The notes: generated from the sequence alone by a model not told the origin. Positions 10,349 to 21,589 are shown, counted from the stretch's first letter. The stretch is DNA of 64,000 bases from Candidatus Oxydemutatoraceae bacterium (GCA_965218975.1 OZ244717.1:384001-448000); one strand, 5' to 3'. A program made the numbers and translations.

Positions 10349-11723
10349 GTGAAAATTTATCTGGCAGGTATTTGCGGTGCTTTTATGGCAGGGCTTGCGC
10401 GTCTAGGGCAAGAGATGGGACATATTGTCGGAGGTTGCGATGTTGCCGCTTGGCCGCCGATGAGCACCCAACTTGAGCAAATCGGTATTATTCCCGATCA
10501 AGGTTGGGATCAGGTGGAACCGGAGCAAGGTTTGGGACTGCATCATTATAGGAAATGCGTTACCGCGCGGCAATCCTTTGGTTGAAAAAGTCCTAACCGA
10601 ACGTTTGCCTTTTACTTCGGGCCCGCAATGGCTGCGCGATGAAGTTCTTACCCAACGCGAAGTTATCGCTATTTCCGGCACTCACGGCAAGACAACGACA
10701 ACCGGCATGTTAGCGTGGATTTTAGAAAACGCAGCGCTATTTCCAGGATTTTTACTCGGCGGACTAGCAAAAAAATTTTCAGCCTCGGCACGATTCGGTA
10801 AAACATCGGCGCCTTTTGTAATTGAGGCCGATGAATACGACACAGCTTTTTTCGATAAACGGCCGAAGTTTATTCATTACTACCCGCGTGTTGCGGTTTT
10901 GAATAATCTTGAGTTTGATCATGCTGATATCTACCCGGATATTCGGGCAGTTCAGCGTCAATTTCATTATTTTTTGCGTACCGTGCCGAGTGACGGGATG
11001 ATACTATATCGTGCGGCTGATTCGGTTTTGCAAGAAGTTATTAATGAAGGTGTATGGACACCGATAGAAACCTTTGGTATTGATGGCGGCGGTCTGCGGG
11101 CGGATTGGACGGCACGTTTGATCCCCGATAAAGATAGTAACCGATTCGCTGTGTTTTATCGCGGGAAGGAGCAGGGAGTCTGTCGAATGAACGCTGTCGG
11201 AAAACACAATGTTGAAAATGCGCTGGCGGCAATTGCAGCGGCCTATCACGCGCAAGTTGACGTTGCGTGTGCAATAAATGCGCTTGAGTTTTTTACCGGT
11301 GTCAGTCGCAGACTCGAAGTCGAGGCGGAAGTTTCCGGGGTCACCGTGTATAATGATTTTGCTCATCATCCGACAGCAATTGCGGCAAGTTTGCAGGCGT
11401 TAAAACAGTATGCGGCGAAAGGTCGTTTGCTTGCGGTGTTTGAACCGCGTTCCAATTCAATGAGAGCAGGTGCGCATCGTAAAGGATTAGTAACGGCGTT
11501 TGTCGATGCGGACCAGGTGTTTATGTATCAATCCGGGCGGTTAGATTGGTCGCCGGCAGAGGTATTGCCTGCGGCGCAATGCTTCACCGATACCAAAATG
11601 CTATTGGAAAGCGTTTGCGCCGAAGCACGTGACGGAGATTGCATTATTGTCATGTCAAATGGTGCTTTTGATAATTTGCCGACTCGTATCAGCGAGCGCT
11701 TATCGGCGCGAATGCCGCATTGA
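10349..11723 (+). pseudogene. mpl: Murein peptide ligase Mpl with a single +1 frameshift (real or sequencing error)
   Basis: GICGAFMAGLA...PPMSTQL in ORF 10349; IIGNALPRGNP, SGTHGKTTT, EADEYDTAFFDKRPKF, DFAHHPTAI in ORF 10473; removing one T at 10531-10533 joins them. Confidence 0.9.
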
Positions 11724-12670
11724 AAGGCGGAGACGCAAGCATGTCTAAAATGTTTGGCGTATGGCTTTGGAAAAAGATTGCAAACTGGTTGTCTCAGATC
11801 ACCATTGATGAGTTTTTATCGCCGAATGACATGAACTGTGTCATGCGGGAAATACGTGCGGGCGATGTGCTGTTGGTTGAAGGGCGCACGCGTATCGGTA
11901 ACGTTATTAAAATTATTACACGCAGTTCGTGGAGTCATGCGGCAATATGTATCGGGCGACTCGAAGAAATAAAAGATGAGAAAACTCGCGCATTGATTTT
12001 ACAGCATTATGACGGGGATACCTCAGTGCCGCTGATTATTGAAGCTGAGCTGAATAAAGGAACAGTGGTTGAACCGGTTACTTTTTATCTTTACCATCAT
12101 GTGCGAATTTGCCGTCCGGCAGGGCTCTTAAAAGAAGATGCCGACAAAATTGTCGCCTATGTTGCATCGTATCTCGGCAGTCATTACGATGTTCAACAAT
12201 TGTTTGACTTGGCGAGGTTTCTAATTCCGTGGTGGGTTGTTATTCCGCACCGTTGGCATTCGACGTTATTTGAACACAATGCCGGTATTCCGACGCGTAC
12301 TGTCTGTTCAACGATGATTGCCAGCGCATTCCGGCATGTTGATTTTCCTATATTGCCGCTAATTGAGCGATGTCCCGACGGCGGATTTAGAATGCGCCGG
12401 CGTAACCCAAAAATTTTCACGCCGCGTGATTTTGACTATTCACCATTTTTTCGTACGATCAAATGCCCGTTGTTGATAGATATGCATCACGGTTATTATC
12501 GTAAGTTACCATGGAACGATGAACAGAAAATGCATGATAAGATCAGCGATTATCTGGATTCGGCGGACGTTATTCATGTAAAAAGCGCTACCGATCCGAA
12601 CGATGAAAAATTTGGGCGACAAGATCACTCCGCCGATACGGTGCAATCCGATGAGAAACCAATCCGATGA
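11720..12670 (+). CDS. Permuted papain-like (YiiX/YebB-like NlpC/P60) amidase/acyltransferase
   Basis: GDVLLV, SSWSHAAI (His) before YD and VCSTMIA (Cys); true start may be ATG 11741. Confidence 0.75.
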   Translation: MKGGDASMSKMFGVWLWKKIANWLSQITIDEFLSPNDMNCVMREIRAGDVLLVEGRTRIGNVIKIITRSSWSHAAICIGRLEEIKDEKTRALILQHYDGDTSVPLIIEAELNKGTVVEPVTFYLYHHVRICRPAGLLKEDADKIVAYVASYLGSHYDVQQLFDLARFLIPWWVVIPHRWHSTLFEHNAGIPTRTVCSTMIASAFRHVDFPILPLIERCPDGGFRMRRRNPKIFTPRDFDYSPFFRTIKCPLLIDMHHGYYRKLPWNDEQKMHDKISDYLDSADVIHVKSATDPNDEKFGRQDHSADTVQSDEKPIR

Positions 12671-15129
12671 TATTTGATATCGTTTCCGAACTGATTCTAC
12701 TTGTGCTGCTTGGTATTGCTTTGCTCGGAATCATTTATCTCAAAGCAAGGCTCCCGGTTGCAGTCGCTCTGACGGTTGTTACGGTAATCGCATATAAGGC
12801 TTATTCGATACTGCCGCTGTGGTTGCATCTGATATTGTGGTTATTGATTATCGCCGGAATAACTCTATTCAACGTTCCGTTTTTGCGCCGCCAATGGGTT
12901 AGTCGATTTGTGCGTTTATATATGCAACGCAGACTCCCGCATATTTCAACCACTGAGCGTGAAGCGCTTGAGGCCGGCACGACTTGGTGGGATGCCGAAC
13001 TGTTTTCGGGCAAACCGGATTGGAATATATTTCTTGCAGGACGGAAGCCTGAGTTAAACGATGAGGAGAAATTTTTTCTGGAAGAGACAACGCAGACTTT
13101 GTGTTCCATGATTGATGACTGGAAAGTAACGACAGAGCACTATGATTTGTCGGAACCGGTGTGGGATTTTATAAAGCGGAATAAATTTTTTGGAATGGTT
13201 ATACCCAAACAATACGGCGGACTTGGGTTTTCGGCTTATGCACATTCTTGTGTAGTGCAAAAAATCGCCAGCCGTTCGGTTACCGCTGCCGTAACCGTGA
13301 TGGTGCCTAATTCTTTGGGACCCGGTATGCTGCTGCTGGAGTACGGCACCGACGAGCAGAAAAATCACTATCTACCACGTCTCGCGAGTGGTGAGGAGAT
13401 ACCATGTTTTGCATTAACAAGTGCACAATCAGGTTCGGATGCGGCAAGTATGATTGATACCGGGGTTGTATGTCGCGGAACATTTGTCGGTGAGGAGATG
13501 ATCGGTATTCGTTTGAACTGGAGCAAACGGTACATCACACTGGCGCCGATTGCGACAGTGCTTGGAATTGCATTTCATTTGTACGACCCCGACGGTCTGT
13601 TGAGCGATCAGCAAGATGTCGGTATCACGTTGGCGTTGGTCCCGTCCGGAACTCCCGGTGTTGAGGTTGGTGATCGTCATATGCCGCTAAATACACCATT
13701 TATGAACGGACCGATACGTGGTAAGGATGTATTCATTCCGGTGGATTGGCTCATCGGCGGAAAGAAATACGCAGGACAAGGATGGCGTATGTTAATGGAA
13801 TGCTTGGCCGAAGGACGCGGTATTTCATTACCTGCCTTGGCCGCCGCCGCGGCAAAGTTTGCTTGCTTTAATACGGGCGCTTATGCGCGCGTACGGAATC
13901 AATTTAAGCTCCCGATTAGCGAATTTGAGGGGGTTGCCGAACCATTATCACGAATTGCCGGAAATGCTTATTTGATGGAAGCGGTACGTAGTGTGACTGC
14001 GGCGGCGATTGATACGGGCGAGAAGCCGGCGGTTATTTCTGCAATTGCAAAATATCATTTGACCGAACGGATGCGTTCGGTTATCAACGATGCGATGGAT
14101 GTCCATGGAGGCGCCGGCATCTGTATAGGGCCGCGTAACCATATTGCACGGCTTTATCAATCTGTTCCCATTGCAATTACCGTCGAAGGGGCAAACATTC
14201 TTACACGTAGTATGATTATCTTCGGGCAAGGTGCGGCACGTTGTCATCCGTGGTTGAGTAAGGAAATGGCAGCCGCTTCGGATACCGAGAACTACACACT
14301 CGAAGATTTTGATGAAGTACTCTACGGACACATCCAAAGTATTTTACGCAATACCGCAAGATGTTTGTTCTTAGCGCTTACGAATGGGCGTTTGGCAAAA
14401 TACATTCCCTCGCATGTTCAGCTCAAAAATCATTTTCGGCAAATTTCCAGAATGTCGGCAGCGTTTGCTTTAGTATCCGACTATACCCTACTTAGGTTAA
14501 AAGGAGGTTTTAAGCGCAAGGAACATTTATCGGCTCTACTCGGCGATATGTTGAGCGCCATGTACTTGGCATCATCAACACTTAAATATTTTCACGACAA
14601 TAACTGCCTGAGCGAACAAATCGTGTTTGTTGATTGGGCAATGAAAGAATGCCGGAATTGTTTTCATGCCGCATTACTGAATTTGCTTGAAAATCTTCCT
14701 GGCGGATTGCTTAAAATAAAACTACGCTGGCTGATTTATCCGTATGGCAAGCCGAACATAACGCAGAATGAGCAGATGATCGCGCGAGTCGCCGACACAG
14801 TGAGCGAAGCATCGCCGGCACGTAAACATTTGATTAAGGGAATGTTTGTTCCGCAATCTGCCGACGAACCGCTGGCAAAATTAGAGGATGCTTTCTATAA
14901 AGTGCTTGCCGCCGAGCTGCCGGAGAAAAAATTGCGCCGAGTCCAACGTGAGAAAAATATCAAAAGCCTCAATTATGAACATTTGCTGGATATTGCCGAG
15001 ACACAAAATATTTTAACCGGTGAGGAGTTGAAGATTGTGCGTCAGGCACATCGAGCACGACTGGAAGTAATCGCGGTGGATCAATTCAATCCGGCTTACT
15101 GGCAACGTTCTTATTCGGTCAACGAATAA
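12667..15129 (+). CDS. fadE: Acyl-CoA dehydrogenase FadE (long form)
   Basis: N-terminal TM segments; ALEAGTTWWD, VMVPNSLGP, IPCFALT...GSDA, ITVEGANILTR. Confidence 0.92.
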   Translation: MIFDIVSELILLVLLGIALLGIIYLKARLPVAVALTVVTVIAYKAYSILPLWLHLILWLLIIAGITLFNVPFLRRQWVSRFVRLYMQRRLPHISTTEREALEAGTTWWDAELFSGKPDWNIFLAGRKPELNDEEKFFLEETTQTLCSMIDDWKVTTEHYDLSEPVWDFIKRNKFFGMVIPKQYGGLGFSAYAHSCVVQKIASRSVTAAVTVMVPNSLGPGMLLLEYGTDEQKNHYLPRLASGEEIPCFALTSAQSGSDAASMIDTGVVCRGTFVGEEMIGIRLNWSKRYITLAPIATVLGIAFHLYDPDGLLSDQQDVGITLALVPSGTPGVEVGDRHMPLNTPFMNGPIRGKDVFIPVDWLIGGKKYAGQGWRMLMECLAEGRGISLPALAAAAAKFACFNTGAYARVRNQFKLPISEFEGVAEPLSRIAGNAYLMEAVRSVTAAAIDTGEKPAVISAIAKYHLTERMRSVINDAMDVHGGAGICIGPRNHIARLYQSVPIAITVEGANILTRSMIIFGQGAARCHPWLSKEMAAASDTENYTLEDFDEVLYGHIQSILRNTARCLFLALTNGRLAKYIPSHVQLKNHFRQISRMSAAFALVSDYTLLRLKGGFKRKEHLSALLGDMLSAMYLASSTLKYFHDNNCLSEQIVFVDWAMKECRNCFHAALLNLLENLPGGLLKIKLRWLIYPYGKPNITQNEQMIARVADTVSEASPARKHLIKGMFVPQSADEPLAKLEDAFYKVLAAELPEKKLRRVQREKNIKSLNYEHLLDIAETQNILTGEELKIVRQAHRARLEVIAVDQFNPAYWQRSYSVNE

Positions 15130-16430
15130 TGTCGCAAGATGAAACGCGCAGTGTCTATATCGTTGACGGCACTCGAACCCCGATACGAAAATTCCGCGGC
15201 AAACCGGGGGGTCTGACTGCGACAAACCTTGCGGTTTCAGCCGGTAATGCATTATTGATTCGTCAAACTTTTGACATGAATGCGATTGATGAAGTAATTC
15301 TCGGGTGTGTGATGCCTTTACCTAAGGAGGCGAATATTGCCAGAGTCGCGGCATTGCGGCTGGGTTTGCCGGTGCATATTCCGGCATGGACGGTACAACG
15401 TAATTGCGCTTCGGGAATGCAAGCTTTAGATAGCGCAGCGGCTCGCATCACACTCGGAGCATCGAATATCGTGCTTGCCGGCGGGGTGGAAGCGATGAGC
15501 CATGCGCCGTTGTTATTTGATTCTATGGCAGTGGCTTGGCTAGGGGAATGGCGCAACGCCCGCTCCGTTCGGCAGAAAATTCGGGCTCTTACTAAACTGC
15601 GCTTGCGATATTTCAAACCGGTTGTTTCATTATTGCGCGGACTCACCGATCCTACGGTTAATTTGTCGATGGGGCAAACTGCAGAAAACATTGTGCACCG
15701 CTTTGGCATCACTCGCGAAGCGATGGACTTGTTTGCGTACGAGAGTCATAGTCGTTTGGCACGTGCTCAGGATGAAGATGTGTTTAGTGAGGAAATCAGT
15801 CCGATCTATGATGATCAAGGGAATGTGTTTATACATGATGATGGTTTGCGTCGTGATACCGATGCGGAAAAGTTATCTGCGTTACCGGCAGTGTTTGATC
15901 GTCGATTCGGTAACGTTACCGCCGGCAATAGCGCACAAATTAGCGACGGTGCCGCTTGGTTAATCTTAGCTTCGCATGAAGCAGTGCGCAAGCATCGTCT
16001 GCCGGTGTTGGGGAAATTGTGCGCGACTCGTTGGGCGGGATTAGATCCGGCACAGATGGGTTTGGGGCCGGCTTTTGCCGTTGCGGCATTATTGTGCGAA
16101 CGGAAACTTTCACTGCAGGAAATTGACTACTGGGAGATTAATGAAGCATTTGCGGGGCAGGTGCTTGCCTGTCTTGCCGCTTGGGAAGACGAACGCTTTT
16201 GCTGCGAGCAGCTGCGGCTAACCTGCGCGCTAGGGCGATTGAATCGCACCCGCTTGAATGTTGACGGAGGAGCAATTGCCTGCGGTCATCCGGTGGGCAT
16301 GAGCGGAGCGCGAATCGTTCTGCATCTACTGCATGTATTGCGTAGAAATCAGGTAAGGCAAGGCATTGCGACAATGTGCATCGGTGGCGGACAAGGCGGT
16401 GCAATGCTAATTGAGCAACCAAATGATTGA
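15129..16430 (+). CDS. Acetyl-CoA C-acyltransferase (thiolase, FadA/FadI type)
   Basis: RNCASGMQA, EINEAFA, GHPVG, MCIGGGQG. Confidence 0.93.
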   Translation: MSQDETRSVYIVDGTRTPIRKFRGKPGGLTATNLAVSAGNALLIRQTFDMNAIDEVILGCVMPLPKEANIARVAALRLGLPVHIPAWTVQRNCASGMQALDSAAARITLGASNIVLAGGVEAMSHAPLLFDSMAVAWLGEWRNARSVRQKIRALTKLRLRYFKPVVSLLRGLTDPTVNLSMGQTAENIVHRFGITREAMDLFAYESHSRLARAQDEDVFSEEISPIYDDQGNVFIHDDGLRRDTDAEKLSALPAVFDRRFGNVTAGNSAQISDGAAWLILASHEAVRKHRLPVLGKLCATRWAGLDPAQMGLGPAFAVAALLCERKLSLQEIDYWEINEAFAGQVLACLAAWEDERFCCEQLRLTCALGRLNRTRLNVDGGAIACGHPVGMSGARIVLHLLHVLRRNQVRQGIATMCIGGGQGGAMLIEQPND

Positions 16431-18474
16431 GCATGGTCGACAAAGTCATCGCCATTGGTCGCTTAATTACAATGCGGACGGGATCGGTCGTTTAACTTTG
16501 GATTATGCCGATGGCGCGGTAAATGTATTAAATGCCGCAGTGTTGGAAGAATTAGAAGCGGCATTAACGGACATTATGCAATCTGCTCCTCACGGCCTGA
16601 TTATTGCGTCGGCAAAGCTTCGGGGATTTCTTGCCGGCGCCGATATCGCCGAATTTATTAAATTGGAAAGTCGCCGGCAGGCGTTGGAAAAATTGCGTTA
16701 CGGACAAGTATTATTTGAACGTATTACACAGCTGAAATGTCCGTCGGTCGCGATAATTCACGGTTATTGCCTCGGCGGCGGGTTGGAATTGGCGCTTGCT
16801 TGTGATTGGCGTGTTGCCGAAGATGCGTCGTCATGCCGTCTCGGCTTTCCCGAAGTGCGTTTGGGAATCCATCCGGGTTACGGCGGCACTGTTCGCTTAC
16901 CGGAGTTAGTCGGTGATTTGCCGGCGATGTCTTTAATGTTGCGCGGATGCCTAGTCCCTGCACGGCAGGCGCAAGCAATGGGGCTTGTTGACTATGTCGA
17001 ACCGTTTAGACAATTGGATACTGCCGCAAATCAGCTTGCGGTCAAAATATCGCAACGAAAGAAGCCCCGATTTCATGCAATCACACGGCTTTTTCCGGTG
17101 CGTCAGACGCTTGCAAAGATTATGCGTCATCAAATCGGGCGGCATGTACGCCGCGATCATTACCCGGCGCCATATCAGTTGATTAAGCATTGGCAAAGCG
17201 CACCTAAAAAAAGAGCGCTGCAACTTGAAGCGGAAGCGCAATCGGTCGCAACATTGTTTTTATCTCAAACCGCAAGAAATCTTGTACGAGTATTCTTTTT
17301 GCGTGAACAGCTTAAAGAGCAAGGAAAGAAACGCACGTTCGAGGCGCGTCATGTGCATGTGATCGGTGCCGGTGTTATGGGTGGCGACATCGCCGCATGG
17401 TGTGCGCTACAGGGGCTTAGGGTTACATTACAAGATCGTGAACCGCGATTGATTGCCCCGGCAATTGCTCGTGCATACGGCCTATTTCAAAAGAAACTCA
17501 AACAGCCGCATCGGCGAATTGCCGCTCGCGACCGTTTGATACCGGACCCGAATGCGTGCGGACTTCGGCAAGCGGATGTGATTATTGAAGCGGTATCTGA
17601 AAATCTTGAGATTAAACGTGAGATTTTTGCCGCAATTGAACCGCAAATTAAAGCGGATGCGATATTAGCGACGAACACTTCAAGTATACCGCTAAAACAG
17701 CTGGCGCAAGGGTTGAATCATCCCGAACGTATAGTGGGCTTACACTTCTTTAATCCGGTCGCTAAAATGGAATTGGTTGAAGTAGTGTACGATACGGCAA
17801 CCGCTTCCACGCTTGTCGAACAAGCAGCGGCATTTGTTTCGGCAATTCGTCGGCTGCCGTTATCGGTGCGGTCGGCGCCGGGGTTCGTCATCAATCGTAT
17901 TCTGATGCCCTATCTGTCGGAAGCGATTTTATTGGTCGAAGAAGGTGTGCCGCCAGCTGCAATTGATCATGCGGCTGAGAGTTTCGGGATGCCGATGGGC
18001 CCAATTGCCTTAGCAGATACTGTCGGTTTGGATGTGTGTTTGTCGGTTGCGCAAGTGCTCGGGCAGGCATTTGATCGAATCATACCGGATTCTTTGATAC
18101 GGCATGTAAACGCACAACGCTTAGGACGCAAAACCGGTCGCGGCTTTTATGTTTGGAAGAACGGCAAACCGAAACGTGCTCGTTTGCGGCGTTCGCGTCG
18201 GTTCGAATTTGATGTCACCGAGCGATTGACAATGACGTTGCTGAAGGAGTCTATGGCATGTTTAAGCGAGCGGTTAGTCGCTTCATCCGATTTGCTTGAC
18301 GCCGGTATGATTTTCGGCACCGGTTTTGCGCCGTTTCGCGGCGGGCCTATTCACTATATAGAACAGTCCGGCATTGGTCGCATACAAACAATCCTGGAAA
18401 AGCTTGCCGGACGTTACGGTAACCGCTTTAAACCGGAGAATCACTGGGAACAAATTCTGCGAGCGGCCGAATAG
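16411..18474 (+). CDS. Multifunctional enoyl-CoA hydratase / 3-hydroxyacyl-CoA dehydrogenase (FadB/FadJ type)
   Basis: FLAGADI, CLGGGLELALACD, PEVRLG, GAGVMG, ATNTSS, GLHFFNP; start may be ATG 16423. Confidence 0.92.
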   Translation: MSNQMIEHGRQSHRHWSLNYNADGIGRLTLDYADGAVNVLNAAVLEELEAALTDIMQSAPHGLIIASAKLRGFLAGADIAEFIKLESRRQALEKLRYGQVLFERITQLKCPSVAIIHGYCLGGGLELALACDWRVAEDASSCRLGFPEVRLGIHPGYGGTVRLPELVGDLPAMSLMLRGCLVPARQAQAMGLVDYVEPFRQLDTAANQLAVKISQRKKPRFHAITRLFPVRQTLAKIMRHQIGRHVRRDHYPAPYQLIKHWQSAPKKRALQLEAEAQSVATLFLSQTARNLVRVFFLREQLKEQGKKRTFEARHVHVIGAGVMGGDIAAWCALQGLRVTLQDREPRLIAPAIARAYGLFQKKLKQPHRRIAARDRLIPDPNACGLRQADVIIEAVSENLEIKREIFAAIEPQIKADAILATNTSSIPLKQLAQGLNHPERIVGLHFFNPVAKMELVEVVYDTATASTLVEQAAAFVSAIRRLPLSVRSAPGFVINRILMPYLSEAILLVEEGVPPAAIDHAAESFGMPMGPIALADTVGLDVCLSVAQVLGQAFDRIIPDSLIRHVNAQRLGRKTGRGFYVWKNGKPKRARLRRSRRFEFDVTERLTMTLLKESMACLSERLVASSDLLDAGMIFGTGFAPFRGGPIHYIEQSGIGRIQTILEKLAGRYGNRFKPENHWEQILRAAE

Positions 18475-20240
18475 TGCAGACATTAACTCCGCCGACTTTG
18501 GGTGATTTATTTGATCATGCCGACAGGAAGTTTGGTGAATCTGCGGCATATATTCAATTCGATCAGAAAATCCGACAATGGCGCACTTGGTCTTGGACCG
18601 AGATGCGGCGGTATGCTACTCAATGTCAGCAATGGTTGGCTCGTTTGGAGCTTGATTTAGGTAGTAGGGTTTTGATTATGGCGCCGAACAGCACAACATG
18701 GGTTGCGATGGATGTGGCAGCAGCGGGGTTGGGGCTTGTTACCGTACCGGTGTATGTGCAAGAGAGTGAAAAAAATCTACTGCATATTTTACGCCAAGTG
18801 CAAGCGCAAGTTTTGTTGGTCGGAGGTGTCGAGCAATGGCAACTCGTCAAGCCTTGCTTTGATCATCTAGTCGCTGATGAAAAAATAGCGCATTGTGTGA
18901 GTGTTAATCCGGTTGTGTCGCCACAAGTGCGTTTGCTCGCTGATTGTATTGCGCCGTTTGCCGAGACTGATGCCGACTATACCAACTGTGTTGATGATGA
19001 TACGGTATTGGCGACGATTGTTTACACTTCAGGCACAACCGGTTTCCCGAAAGGGGTGATGCTGTCGCACAAGAACATTTTGTCCAATGTGGTAGCCGCA
19101 ACTGCCGCAGTGCCGATTGGTAAAGAGGACCGTTTATTATCATTTCTGCCGCTGTCGCATTCTTTTGAAAGAACGGTGGGTTATTATGCACCGATGCTGC
19201 ATGGTTCGGTAGTTATTTATAATCGCGCTATCGCTAAAATTCGCGATGATCTTAAGACCATACGTCCCACCGTTTTAGTTTCGGTACCGCGTATTTATGA
19301 GCGTATTTATGCGCGGGTCCATGCTCGATTCGCGAGTCGACCACTGGTAAAGCACGGGTTAAATCTTACTGTTTCGATCGGTTGGCGATACTTTTTATAT
19401 CGACAAAAACGCGGCGCTTGGCGGTTGTCTTTGTTGCTACGCCCCATGCTTGATCTCTTGATAGCTCGCCGGGTTCGTGCCGAGTTTGGCGGCCGTCTTC
19501 GCTTTACAATCAGCGGAGGAGCGCCGCTTGCGGCAGAAATTTCGCACTTTTTTATTAGTTTGGGGATTTTTGTGCTGCAGGGCTATGGGATGACTGAGAC
19601 TGCACCGGTTATTGCGGTTAATAGACTTGATCGGAATATCCCGGAAAGCGTCGGTATTCCGCTCGACAAGCTTGAAGTATGTTTGAGTGAAGATAACGAA
19701 TTGTTGGTGCGCGGCGAGAATGTAATGTTGGGTTATTGGAAAAATGATGTCGCAAGCCGATACGCATTTGCCGGCCAGGGCTGGCTACGTACGGGTGATA
19801 TCGGTCAATTCAAGGACAAACATTTGTTTATTACCGGACGACTAAAGGAAATTATCGTGCTTGCGACTGGGAAAAAATTTTCACCTGCGGAACCGGAAGC
19901 GGCAATCCTTTTTTCTCCTCTATTCGATCAAGTAATTTTATGCGGTGAACAACGGCCCTTCCCAGTCGTAATTGCGGTTGTAAACTCTGCGCAGTGGCAG
20001 AAGCATGCGGAGAAAAATGCTTATGACTTGGCCGGACATGCGGCGCGTAATTTTGCCGCGCGAGAAATCAACCGTTATTTACAAGATTTTCCTCACTACG
20101 TGCAAGTGCACGGTGTGATACTAACGGAAGAGCCGTGGACAACGGATAATGGTTTGCTGACTGCCACATTGAAGCTACGACGTGCCGCGATTCAAGCACA
20201 TTATCGTGATGAGATCAATGCGATTTATGCGACACGGTAA
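18474..20240 (+). CDS. Long-chain fatty acid-CoA ligase (AMP-dependent synthetase)
   Basis: YTSGTTGFPKG, GYGMTE, LRTGDIG, LLTATLKLRR. Confidence 0.9.
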   Translation: MQTLTPPTLGDLFDHADRKFGESAAYIQFDQKIRQWRTWSWTEMRRYATQCQQWLARLELDLGSRVLIMAPNSTTWVAMDVAAAGLGLVTVPVYVQESEKNLLHILRQVQAQVLLVGGVEQWQLVKPCFDHLVADEKIAHCVSVNPVVSPQVRLLADCIAPFAETDADYTNCVDDDTVLATIVYTSGTTGFPKGVMLSHKNILSNVVAATAAVPIGKEDRLLSFLPLSHSFERTVGYYAPMLHGSVVIYNRAIAKIRDDLKTIRPTVLVSVPRIYERIYARVHARFASRPLVKHGLNLTVSIGWRYFLYRQKRGAWRLSLLLRPMLDLLIARRVRAEFGGRLRFTISGGAPLAAEISHFFISLGIFVLQGYGMTETAPVIAVNRLDRNIPESVGIPLDKLEVCLSEDNELLVRGENVMLGYWKNDVASRYAFAGQGWLRTGDIGQFKDKHLFITGRLKEIIVLATGKKFSPAEPEAAILFSPLFDQVILCGEQRPFPVVIAVVNSAQWQKHAEKNAYDLAGHAARNFAAREINRYLQDFPHYVQVHGVILTEEPWTTDNGLLTATLKLRRAAIQAHYRDEINAIYATR

Positions 20241-20263
20241 TTATTAGATGCGGGTATATACGG

Positions 20264-20367
20264 TTTAACCTCAGCGAATCGTTAGTCGCAGTGGTTCCGG
20301 GCCTCGCAGTTTAATGTTTTGTATGGCAAGCAGTCGGACGGTTTCTCCGATGATATCTGCGCAGATG
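20264..20367. repeat. Left copy of 104-bp direct repeat (displaced 3' end of pyrR)
   Basis: Aligns ungapped with 54773-54876, 6 mismatches by eye. Confidence 0.92.
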
Positions 20368-20943
20368 ACCGACTATCTCCTTGATGCAAACATCTTCATC
20401 CAAGCCAAGAACCTGCACTACGGCTTTGATTTCTGCCCCGCATTCTGGGACTGGCTGGTCAAGCAGAACCGCGCGGGAAAGGTTGCGAGCATTGAGAAAG
20501 TCGCCGACGAGCTCCACGCCGGCGAAGATGAATTGGCGACCTGGGCGAAGGAGCAGGACGACGACTTCTTTCTGAGGCCAGATAGCGCTGTTGTGCCCGC
20601 GCTCCGCACCGTGAGTAATTGGGCAAGCGGCAGTGTATACCAACCTGCCGCCGTCTCTACGTTCCTACCCAATCCGTACACCGGGGCACGGCTTGCTTTG
20701 CGGCGTGGATGCTAGCCTGCCGCCGTCTCTACGTTCCTACAGGTCGCCGACTACTGGCTTGTCGCGCATACGCTCGCTCACAGCTGCACTATCGTCACTC
20801 ACGAAGTGCCTGCCGACACCGTTCGCAAAATCAAGATCCCAGATGCCTGCATTGGCCTCAGTCTCCACTGCATGACCTCCTATGAGATGCTCCATCGTGA
20901 ACGAGCGAGGTTCGTCTTGGAACCAGGCAGAGAGGTTGCCTGA
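20365..20943 (+). pseudogene. DUF4411 (PIN-like) gene copy disrupted by a 72-bp insertion carrying TAG
   Basis: MTDYLLDANIFIQAKNLHYGFDFCPAFWDWL; paralog of 45330-45836. Confidence 0.85.
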
Positions 20944-21345
20944 TGGCTGGTTTCAACGAAAGCCACATCAAGGACGCCGCCCTCGAACGACTTGCCGGAC
21001 TCGGCTACGCCGTGCTGCACGGGCAAAACATCTCCCCGGACGGTCCGACACCTGAACGCGTCAGCTATGACCAGATGTTGTTAACCGCACGGCTTCGCGA
21101 GGCGCTCGGACACCTTAACTCGCACCTACCCGCCGAGACGCCAGAGGAGATACCGCGCTAGGTGCAGCAGACCGAGAGCCCCTCGCTCATCAAGGAGAAC
21201 CGGCGTCTACACCGCTATCTGATTGAGGGCGTGCCGGTTGAGGTTGCCCGCGAAGACGGCAGCATCGGCGGGGATGTCACCCGACTAGTCGACTTCGCGG
21301 ACGTGGACGCCAACGATTGGCTTGCGGTCAATCGGTACGTTGCCG
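20943..21345 (+). pseudogene. hsdR: Type I restriction enzyme HsdR N-terminal remnant
   Basis: MAGFNESHI..AAL..LAGLGY; in-frame TAG at 21159; ENRRLHRYLIEGVPVE...NDWLAVN then truncated by the repeat. Confidence 0.75.
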
Positions 21346-21589
21346 GATTTTCGGCAAAGCGCCCGTCGTCAGTGCTTGGCGTCCATGACGAGACTTGGTT
21401 CTGCCAATAAGCGCAGACCCCGACGTCCCTGTCTGTGAGCACGCAGACAGGTTTGTCGGGTCGTTCGCCGCTGAAAACCGATCGGTCCTGCCTGTGGATA
21501 CACAGACAGGTTTCCTGGCACGTCTTATCCTGCCGACAGGAAGAGAAGCTTTGCAAGTCTGATATATAAGCTATCGAATCCGGGGGTTT
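21340..21589 (+). repeat. Modular repeat copy (A, B, C with two nested 24-bp palindromes, module E)
   Basis: C unit interrupted at 21428-21451 and 21487-21510; E (21532-21589) matches 32997-33054. Confidence 0.8.

Noticed and set aside
20644-20740. 25-bp repeat pair as a mini-CRISPR
   Set aside because: Only two copies, and the repeat is ordinary DUF4411 coding sequence present once in the paralog
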